DNA of 63,846 nt, counting the filler, from Salisapilia sapeloensis CBS 127946 (taxonomy: Eukaryota; Protista; Oomycota): the NCBI GenBank assembly GCA_023334545.1. It is 11 parts of 11 records of this genome, joined end to end, with 100 filler letters (N's around TTAATTAATTAA, not from the genome) between each part and the next. Parts side by side here need not be neighbours in the genome. Positions count along the whole stretch, not along the records: positions 55,295 to 57,343 come from JAADVB010000974.1; positions 57,444 to 61,441 come from JAADVB010000702.1; positions 61,542 to 62,682 come from JAADVB010001290.1; positions 62,783 to 63,846 come from JAADVB010001328.1; 7 more parts are not named here. The stretch is one strand, 5' to 3'. Below are positions 55,984-63,846 of this stretch, piece by piece. A model generated the notes under the pieces. It was not told where the DNA came from and did not search any database. It saw only the letters and a list, made by a program, of their open reading frames with translations. How positions within the stretch are numbered: position 1 is the first letter of the stretch; the number at the start of each line of letters is the position of its first letter. The translations under genes were made by a program, and so were the position numbers.

Positions 55984-56626
55984 GCGAGGAATTTCATATA
56001 CATTATTGCATATCCACAGAACGTCTTCCATTGCATTTTGCATAAACAAGTAATAGAACATGATAAGCATTGGCATTATCTTTATAATTCGAGTATCGGA
56101 TGGTCGAGCTTTATTCTTGTCTTGTTGCCAGAAGCTTTCGCGAACTCTGCTAACTCTCTTTTGGATATTGTTACTTTCAGATGGAAGTGGGCATGCTGGC
56201 AGCAGTGACGACCGAATACTTCCGGGTCTAGAGCATGCACTCGAGGGAATCATCCTGCCGACCATCTGCTGGCAGCGATTGGAAGGCACAGGCACAAGTG
56301 AACGACATCCAAGGTCTCATCTTTCGTCCTACAAGTAGTCGGCGAGCGAGGTCTCATTAGATATAGGCGTTTCTTCCAAGTTTCCACGAAAGCATAGGCT
56401 GTCTTCATTTGACGGTTTCCGATCCAGCGTTGTAGATTGAATTAATACGACGGCCGTCAAACCGGTAGGGGCTGTTCTTGTTCCATTAAATGCCGCAATC
56501 TTCCCCTACCACCATGACAATAGAGTTATGAGTACTCTCATACATACCTTCCTCTTATCTACTTTATAAATAATAGCTTTCTACACTAAAAGGGAGATTC
56601 TGTATTGTTTTATAGCATTTGGCGCT

Positions 56627-57343
56627 TTAAAAGAAAATGTATAGGAATACTCCGAAAAATTTCGTGATAAACTGGGTTCTCCGATCAACATTTCGCTTTC
56701 CGTTGACAAAAGACTTTAGACGCTCAAATGTGGCTTTGGCTTCAGCATTATCCTTGCCCCCCAATTTCAAAGATACATTCGACATCATCAGACTCCAGTA
56801 CAGCTCATCTCTTCTATCGAAGTCGTCTGTAGATGGGTGTATTTTGAGAGACTTGTGGTAAGTGTCAATGCCATCTCTGCACCACGCTTCAACCTTCGGA
56901 AATATTGCTGCCTCGTTGCTCCGCGTACTATTAACTGCCAGTGTGAATGTCGAATGGTCAACAGTCAAAGTTATAGATGAAAGACGCACGCGTGCTTAAA
57001 GAAAGCATTGCAGATGGCACCCTCGTACTCTAGCAATTCGTTAAAGTCCTCTATTGAGGAGGACGGAGACAGGTTGCTTTTCGCTTGTTCGATAGCAGTT
57101 TCATAGTAGCCAATGGCCGATTCGAAATGTTCCGTGGATGCCACTTGATCCTTTATGTCTAAGCTTGCTTTCGCTAGCTGTGCGTAAATTTTTCCAGGTA
57201 CCGAGCCTAGAAGCAATGGTCTCTAGTGAGTATCTCGTATTATATAGTTATTGTTTCTTTATGCTACCTTCTTTCTCTGCGCGCTGAAGCCATTCGATAC
57301 ACACTCTTGACTGCTCCATCAAGAGCTCTTGCTCGTTCTGTGA
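56627..57343 (-). CDS. Partial helical (TPR-like) hypothetical protein, at least 3 exons, 5'-truncated
   Basis: In-frame splicing of ...CIEWLQRAEKE|GSVPGKIYAQLAKA...HFESAIGYYETAIEQ...|ATRSNEAAIF. Confidence 0.45.
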
Positions 57344-57443
57344 NNNNNNNNNNNNNNNNNNNNNNNNNNNNNNNNNNNNNNNNNNNNTTAATTAATTAAN
57401 NNNNNNNNNNNNNNNNNNNNNNNNNNNNNNNNNNNNNNNNNNN
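57344..57443. other. Artificial contig linker
   Basis: Same 100-nt spacer. Confidence 0.99.
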
Positions 57444-57477
57444 CACGTTGGCGATGCAAAAGTAGACGACAGACATA

Positions 57478-58940
57478 TTAGATTTTGAAGCCGTTGTTCT
57501 TGACGGTCTCGCCGTACCACTTGGCGGATTTCTTGGGCACGCGCTCCATGGTCTGGTAGTCGATAAAGTGCAGTCCGAAGCGCTTGGCGTATCCCTCGGC
57601 CCATTCGTACTGTGCACGGCGTTAGTGTTTGGAACGAAGTAGAGATGTAGAAAAGGAGTCTTACGTTGTCGCAGAAGCTCCAGGCAAAGTAGCCTCGGAC
57701 GTCGGCTCCCTGGTCCATGGCCTGCTTCATGTTGTGGATGTAGTCGCGGTAGAAGTCCACTCGGAAGTCGTCGTGCTGGGCCTCCTCCTTGTTCCGGTCC
57801 GGCCACGCCGTCCCGTTCTCCGTCACGTAGATGCCGTTGGTCGGGCTGTACCGATTCTGGATCCACAGCAGCAGCTTCTGGATGCCCCACGGGACGCAGT
57901 TCCAGCCCATGTCCGTCTTCTTCCACCCGTCGTCGTTGCTCAGCTCCACGCCCTCATCCACAGACCAGCCGCCGGACGCGTCGTTCGGGGGAGGAACCTT
58001 GTTGGCAAAGTCCTGCGAAGGAGCCGTGTACGCCGTCCCGTAGTGGTTGAGCCCGAAGAAGTCGTTGCTGCCCTTGAGCAGCTGCTTCTCCTCCTCCGTG
58101 AACTTGGGCAGTCGGTCGCCGCACCTGTCCTTCATGACGCGCGGATAGTCCCCGAAGTAGACCGGGTCCGCGAACCACGCGAGCTGGAAGTGCAGAGAGC
58201 GCTCGCACGCCTCCTCGTTGGCCTTGCGCTCGCTCTCGTTGGTCGTCGGCTTGGGCTCGCGGAAGTCGCAGTTGAGCGTGATGCCGATCTTGCCGCCCTG
58301 CGTCGGCTTGAACTCCCGGCGGTACATGTCCACCGTCCTGGCGTGGGAGACGAGGACGTTGTGGCCGGCCTCGTAGGCCTCCACGTGTCCGCGGTACTTG
58401 CGTCCAGGCGCGTGGACGCCGATGCCGTAGCCCAGGACGCACGTGCACCACGGCTCGTTGAAGGTGAGCCACATCTTGACCCGGTCGCCGAAGCGCTCGA
58501 AGCAGACGCGGGCGTAGGCCACGAAGGCGTCCTGGATGACCTTGCCGCCGAGCCACCCGTCGTACTCGGTCTGGAGCGCCAGCGGCAGGTCCCAGTGGTA
58601 GAGCGTCACGAGGGGCTGGATGCCGTTCGCGAGGAGCTCGTCAATGAGGTTGTTGTAGAACTTGACGCCCTCCTCGTTCACAGCGCCGACGCCCGACGGA
58701 ATGATGCGTGGCCATGCGATCGATAGACGGTAGTACTTGAGTCCCATGTTCTTCATCAGCTGCACGTCCTCCTTGTACCGGTGGTAGTGGTCCACGGCCA
58801 CGGCGCCCGTGTCGCCGTTCAGGCACTTGCCGGGCGTGCGAGAGAAGGCGTCCCAGATCGAATCTCCGCGGCCGCCTTCGTCGACGGCGCCTTCCACTTG
58901 GTACGAGGCGGTGGCCGTGCCCCATACGAAGCCCTCAGGG
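57478..58940 (-). CDS. GH1 beta-glucosidase without signal peptide, 2 exons
   Basis: FVWGTATASYQVEGA, DHYHRYKEDV, YRLSIAWPRI, TLYHWDLP, TFNEP (acid/base), YVTENG (nucleophile), GYFAWSFCDN|YEWAEGYAKRFGL. Confidence 0.97.
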
Positions 58941-59941
58941 AAAGAGATTTGCGTGGTCATGATGCGGGAAACGAAACTGTGCCTTGAAGGGTAGATTCGG
59001 AAATGGTCGAGCGGTAGATCCGATCCCCGCAGCTTCAAACACTCGAGATTTGCTGCTGCCAGCTGACTCGCTTCTGTACCCACTAAGGAGCCACCTGTCG
59101 ATGCACTCGCCCTCTTTCGATCGGATACGCTGGTCTAGAGACACACGCGACGCAAATGATGGCATCCCTCGTCTTGCAGCACCCACGCCCGGAGTGATGA
59201 CGCGGAGACGACATGCAGCTCCAGAAATCATGATCATCTAGGGGCGCAGATATGACCAAGATGTGGTTTCGAGAGGCGAAAGCCCAAAGGAGCGATCCAA
59301 AATGTGCCTTATTCCATGGGCGAATGCGCTTCCACTGAAACGTGCATTACATCAAGATCACGACTGAAGCCAATACACTCTCTAAATAGTCTAGCTCACC
59401 TCATCTCCGACTTAATCCTGAACGCAACAGGTAAGAGCAAATGTGCATCGTGTTTATGTTTTACTTGTCAGGTCAAGCAACCCTCTTCCGTAGCACTAAT
59501 AAGCTGGATGTTCGAACTCGAGTCCTTCGGTCCCATCACGCGCATCCCCGCCACTGGAGTTTGCAACGGAACTGGTGTCAACAATCTTGTATGCGATTTC
59601 TATGTGCTATTTTCTTTCGCGTTGCTCTTCTTACTAGATCAGTTCGATTCACGTACAGGATACTTTATACGATAAACAATATTGCTGCGCAGTACCAAGC
59701 ACCACAGAATAAAGATGTACTCTCACTTAATCTCCTACTTCCAACTCAGTCAAAAGCATTGAATGCGAACACCCGAAAATTGTCCTCAAGAATAAAATTA
59801 CCGAGACGAAGCGAGTATGGGAGTCGGAAAATATTTCAACATGCTTCCAGGTTACCAATTATAGCATCCAATTCATGGCTATGGCTAAATCTTACGTTCA
59901 TTGCTTGCTACCACTCACTACCGGTCACACGACCATACACC

Positions 59942-61441
59942 CTACTCTTTCACTTCCATCTCCGTCGACTTCGCCGTGTCCAAATCCACCTTTTTACAAA
60001 CAACGTGCAAGTCAGATCGCTGCCACTTGTGGCTGTTACCGCGACTGCGGACAAAGTCTTGCATTGTGTCTTCAGAAGCTTGGAGTTGCCTTAGCAAGAA
60101 CCACAGGTCTTCATTCGCATCCGGTGAATACCACGTTAAGCCATTGTATAGCTCACAAGCAGTTAAACAGAGAGTTCCCAGTGGCATGTGTCCAATGTCC
60201 GTATTGCCAATACTCAGAGGAATTGACGCCATGAACTGGGGCCGATAAGTGTGTTTCGTGACATCTGATGCCAAGGTGGTGTTCAAAAAGCGAATTTGAG
60301 ACTTTGCAGGCGAGTTCCACATGTGTCCTAGAATCGCATCAGCTTCTTGATCATCCAGCAAGACTAATGTACCGTCGCGAAGGCTGATCATAGTATCAGC
60401 GATACGAAGGTATTCGTACAGTCCCTTATCGGTGGCAGACTTGTGGATAATGCTCTGATTTTCAACGACAGTTTGTCGAAAGTTCTGCGTACAATAAATT
60501 CCAGCCTGATCCCATTGAATGCCCTTGCCCAGCTTAATCCCGATCCTTTGCACCAAGAACTCCCCAAGCTTCTGGATGTTGACAAGACCTTTGAATTCAG
60601 CGAGGGATGTAGCTTGTAAAGCTGCTCGATAGTTCCAGGCAACGTGCTGGCAACTTTGCACGGATGGAAGCGATACTTCCGCTTCCTTTTCCTCCTCTTG
60701 CTCGATTTCGAGCTCGGTCTCTTGCTCATTCGAGTGAGAACCAACAACCACTTCTCGATCCATTCCGTACGTGTAACTTCTTTCAACGATGCCTCGGACA
60801 GTATTGGGTAGCAGTGACCGATCTTGAGAAGAAATTTGAGGATACGTTTTGGTGACATGAGCCGAAATCAAATTATCAATGAGTTCCGAGCGATTTGGAT
60901 TGTCATAGTGGAGCGCAAGACTCCAATCATCCTCGACCAGCTCAGAACTCGGTGACGTAGTTGCTTGATTGAAGTGAATGCCATTGCTAGCCCACTCCAG
61001 TAGTCCATGTTCTGCTTCTGACGTGGTGTTTGCCATCACCCATCCAAGAATGTCCGAGGTGGTAACCTCCTTGGCGTGTGACTTATTCCCGTGCTTTCGT
61101 ACGCTCTCGACCACCTCGTCCAAAGCGGCAAAGTGCAGTTGTTGGTGACAGCCAAGCTGACGCAGGCGACCAGCACCTTGCATGAGCTTATCTTTCGTGA
61201 TTTCAGGACCGAGGGTCTGCAGTGCAGATGCATCGACTTTGGGCTTCATATCAGCTCCGCGCGACCGAGCGTCGTCAAAGATCACAAAGTTGTCTCTCTC
61301 TTGAATAGCAGAGTCACTAAGCCGGGATAAAAAGTTACGCTCCTTCTCTAGCACAACCCAGCAGTCGTATCCACTTCGCGTGTCAAAGTACGTGACTCCC
61401 TTAAAGTTAAAATTGTCGCGTTCGATCAGGAAGGCGGCAAC
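59942..61441 (-). CDS. C-terminal part of a large DUF3638/DUF3645-type protein, 5'-truncated by the gap
   Basis: FDDARSRGADMK...TLGPEITKDKLMQGAGRLRQLG and the acidic EQETELEIEQEEEKE tract resemble this family as I recall it. Confidence 0.65.
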   Translation of the reverse strand, partial: VAAFLIERDNFNFKGVTYFDTRSGYDCWVVLEKERNFLSRLSDSAIQERDNFVIFDDARSRGADMKPKVDASALQTLGPEITKDKLMQGAGRLRQLGCHQQLHFAALDEVVESVRKHGNKSHAKEVTTSDILGWVMANTTSEAEHGLLEWASNGIHFNQATTSPSSELVEDDWSLALHYDNPNRSELIDNLISAHVTKTYPQISSQDRSLLPNTVRGIVERSYTYGMDREVVVGSHSNEQETELEIEQEEEKEAEVSLPSVQSCQHVAWNYRAALQATSLAEFKGLVNIQKLGEFLVQRIGIKLGKGIQWDQAGIYCTQNFRQTVVENQSIIHKSATDKGLYEYLRIADTMISLRDGTLVLLDDQEADAILGHMWNSPAKSQIRFLNTTLASDVTKHTYRPQFMASIPLSIGNTDIGHMPLGTLCLTACELYNGLTWYSPDANEDLWFLLRQLQASEDTMQDFVRSRGNSHKWQRSDLHVVCKKVDLDTAKSTEMEVKE

Positions 61442-61541
61442 NNNNNNNNNNNNNNNNNNNNNNNNNNNNNNNNNNNNNNNNNNNNTTAATTAATTAANNN
61501 NNNNNNNNNNNNNNNNNNNNNNNNNNNNNNNNNNNNNNNNN
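61442..61541. other. Artificial contig linker
   Basis: Same 100-nt spacer. Confidence 0.99.
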
Positions 61542-62069
61542 GATCTGTCCACGCCATTTGCAAATCTGGAAGACTTTGTGGAAGATCAGCCGAAAGAGAA
61601 ATACGTGCGCTTCCTCATGCCGGATGGATCAATTGAGAAGCCAACGCCAACGGAACGTGCTACCGTGATCCTAGTTCCCATCGGGTCGAATCGAATGTCG
61701 TTCAAAAAATTCTTCAAGACCAACGAGTCCGAGCCACTCTACTTTTGCAACAAAGCGATGGCCCGGGAGCTGAAAAGCCAAGCCAAGCCTAGTTCATTCG
61801 AACGTCTGCGTGGTTTCTTTGGAAACATTATCTGCTCGACCGGCCAATCCACCCATGGACCGCAAGAGAAAATGAAAATAAAGCGCCTATCGTCTTGGAC
61901 AGCTGCAGCCAAGAGCAAAATTAAGATAAACCCGACATGGCCATTCAAGACCAAGGAGTACACGACACCAATGTCAAATGAAAAACTGCTTGTCTGTGAA
62001 TATGTGCAGACAGCGATGTCAAGTGAAGAATCAGCTGACTGTGAATTTGTGCAGACAGCATCTATCTAG
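61542..62069 (+). CDS. Partial hypothetical ORF, open from the contig edge
   Basis: Open frame of about 175 codons; ends with a duplicated CE(Y/F)VQTA (21-nt repeat at 61994 and 62039). Confidence 0.4.
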   Translation, partial: DLSTPFANLEDFVEDQPKEKYVRFLMPDGSIEKPTPTERATVILVPIGSNRMSFKKFFKTNESEPLYFCNKAMARELKSQAKPSSFERLRGFFGNIICSTGQSTHGPQEKMKIKRLSSWTAAAKSKIKINPTWPFKTKEYTTPMSNEKLLVCEYVQTAMSSEESADCEFVQTASI

Positions 62070-62682
62070 AGTAGAATTTGAAGCAGGCACTTGGTATATG
62101 ACAAGTTGCCAAGACTTGCAATAATAAAATACAATACCCTTTACTTATTAAATTGTTTTTTCTTCACAGGAATGCTTTAGTAAAAAAGTAGACTAGCAGC
62201 CCACCAGTTGCTTGTCTGACATCCGAACTCTGCGTCGTGCGAACTCGCAATCTTGACCTATAATTGAAATCGATAGACCTTATTTGTCTGTGTGCCTTTG
62301 TTGTCAATTACTGCCTACCACTCAACTACTATGGAAGTCAACGTGCACAGGGCGTTTACCAGCTCATATTCTCTTCATTTATCTGCCTAATAAACTGTAG
62401 CTGAAAATACTAATTTAGCTCCATCAGAGTGATACAAGTGATCGAGGGTTGAAGCTTTTCCTATCCATTTTTCCATCAATCTACATATATTATGGCCGTA
62501 ACGGAAGGAGCTAAGAAACCAAGGTACTATTCGAGAGCAAGTTGTCGGTCTGTCTAAAACTCACACCTGATAGCACGACCAAAGTCAGCAAGAATAGAGA
62601 AATGTTTACATGAATAAACGATGCTTCGATATATCGTTTACTCCGTGAACCATGCTGGATTTACTGCATTTGTGAGCAAAAC

Positions 62683-62782
62683 NNNNNNNNNNNNNNNNNN
62701 NNNNNNNNNNNNNNNNNNNNNNNNNNTTAATTAATTAANNNNNNNNNNNNNNNNNNNNNNNNNNNNNNNNNNNNNNNNNNNN
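62683..62782. other. Artificial contig linker
   Basis: Same 100-nt spacer. Confidence 0.99.
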
Positions 62783-63264
62783 ATCCGAAGTACTATGGAG
62801 TGAAGAAGTTGCGGACTTTATTAGAGCTATTAGAAGATGTTTGTACGATCGTGCCACCTCGGCGAGAGGGTGATACCGAAACGCTCGAATACCCTTTAGC
62901 ATCCGAAGACGACAATGGAAATGATCCGAAGTGTCCTCGTAATTCGTTTTACTGCCGATTTTGCCCTGGAATCAGCTACGATACACGACAAGAACTTTAG
63001 GTTGATAAGCGGTCCAAATGGCACTATTGGAATATGCAGGCAAAGAAGAAAGGAAATGAGCCTCGAAAATGGACACTGGCGTCGACATTCTGGACTGAGG
63101 CATTCGACAGCTTCAGTGGTGAGCTTTGCTACTACAATAAGCTAACTGGAGAAATATTGCAAAGTGATGATTCCCCTCCTGAAATGGAAGGTGAAGATGT
63201 TATGATGGACTTGTTGGAGGATGACGAGCCAAAAGAAAGCGAACAGGATTTGGTTGACGAATGA
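62783..63264 (+). pseudogene. Partial gene with LOTUS/OST-HTH-like, degenerate C2H2-like and WW-like motifs, interrupted by an in-frame TAG at 62998-63000
   Basis: One frame reads [19 protein letters not shown]...[24 protein letters not shown]...WTEAFDSFSGELCYYNKLTGE. Confidence 0.45.
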
Positions 63265-63497
63265 CAAGTGACAGTAGAAACAATGGATCAAACAGTTTAG
63301 TCTGATCATAAAAGTATCGACCACTTGCCGGCAGGTGTTGCCGATGTTAACTACACGGAGGGAGACAATAGAAATTTTAAAGACAAGCAGTAAGCACAAT
63401 CAAGAAGCAATAAAAATGAAAATATCACGATGCACAGTTTTTGCCAACAAAGCCTACTACCGAGGAATGCAAATTGCTTGGGCTCCAACTTTAAAAT

Positions 63498-63846
63498 TCA
63501 AGCGTCGCGCCTCTCTTCTTGCTTCCATCCCATAGTGGTCGATTCATCTTGACGGAGTCGCAATTCAGTCACCTTCAGCCAAGCCAGCTGCCGATCATGC
63601 TCTTGTTCTTTTATATCAAGTTCCGCAGAGCTAGTCCTCCACACATTTTCAATGATCATATCCCATTCCTCTGAATCCGTCGAAGCACCTCGCATGATTG
63701 AACCTTCATCTGACGACTGGCCTCCAGACTCGATAATCGGAGTCTCACCATTGACGGATGTGAACTGGGCAAAAGCATTCAGTGAACCTTCTGTCGAAGG
63801 GCTACGTTGATCAGAGTCAAACTCGTAGACTTCGCCTACACAAGAT
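63498..63846 (-). CDS. 3' end of START-FYVE paralogue, copy 3 (runs off the window)
   Basis: GEVYEFDSDQRSPSTE and IENVWR...DRQLAWLKVTELRLRQD match the C-terminus of 38729-40246. Confidence 0.8.
   Translation of the reverse strand, partial: SCVGEVYEFDSDQRSPSTEGSLNAFAQFTSVNGETPIIESGGQSSDEGSIMRGASTDSEEWDMIIENVWRTSSAELDIKEQEHDRQLAWLKVTELRLRQDESTTMGWKQEERRDA

Noticed and set aside
28368-62782. Ten identical TTAATTAATTAA palindromes flanked by N runs, superficially a regularly repeated element or array
   Set aside because: Constant 44+12+44 structure with stops in all frames marks an artificial contig spacer, not biology. Cross-gap gene neighbourhoods were therefore not interpreted.

Overview
Eukaryotic, intron-containing DNA from a very compact oomycete (stramenopile) genome. 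The oomycete assignment rests on a GPCR-PIP kinase fusion, a secreted GH17, START+FYVE paralogues, a TKL LRR receptor kinase, Inr/FPR-like core promoters and introns of about 50-80 nt. The window is not contiguous: ten artificial 100-nt linkers (44 N + TTAATTAATTAA + 44 N) join 11 contig pieces, so adjacency across them is not evidence of linkage. Positions 1-27 kb and 42-53.9 kb are gene-dense housekeeping blocks of mostly alternating head-to-head and tail-to-tail genes (RPN11, CARNMT1, LSM5, MRPL54, panB, PFDN6, CDK5RAP1, UNC119, SLC25A19, RAD5, TEN1, CGR1, GH17, NCAPG, ATAD3-like, DHHC, GPCR-PIPK). The other pieces are gene-sparse and hold paralogue families, pseudogenes and transposon debris. 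I found no convincing multi-gene novel system. The best leads are a candidate COPS9/CSNAP micro-protein head-to-head with RPN11, a thiamine-pyrophosphate carrier whose three introns all use GTTC donors and which has a small membrane ORF upstream, a Zn-ribbon/Ig/WD40/IQ protein, and an inverted pair of gene tails identical over 141 nt. Exon boundaries were inferred by eye and no database searches were run.
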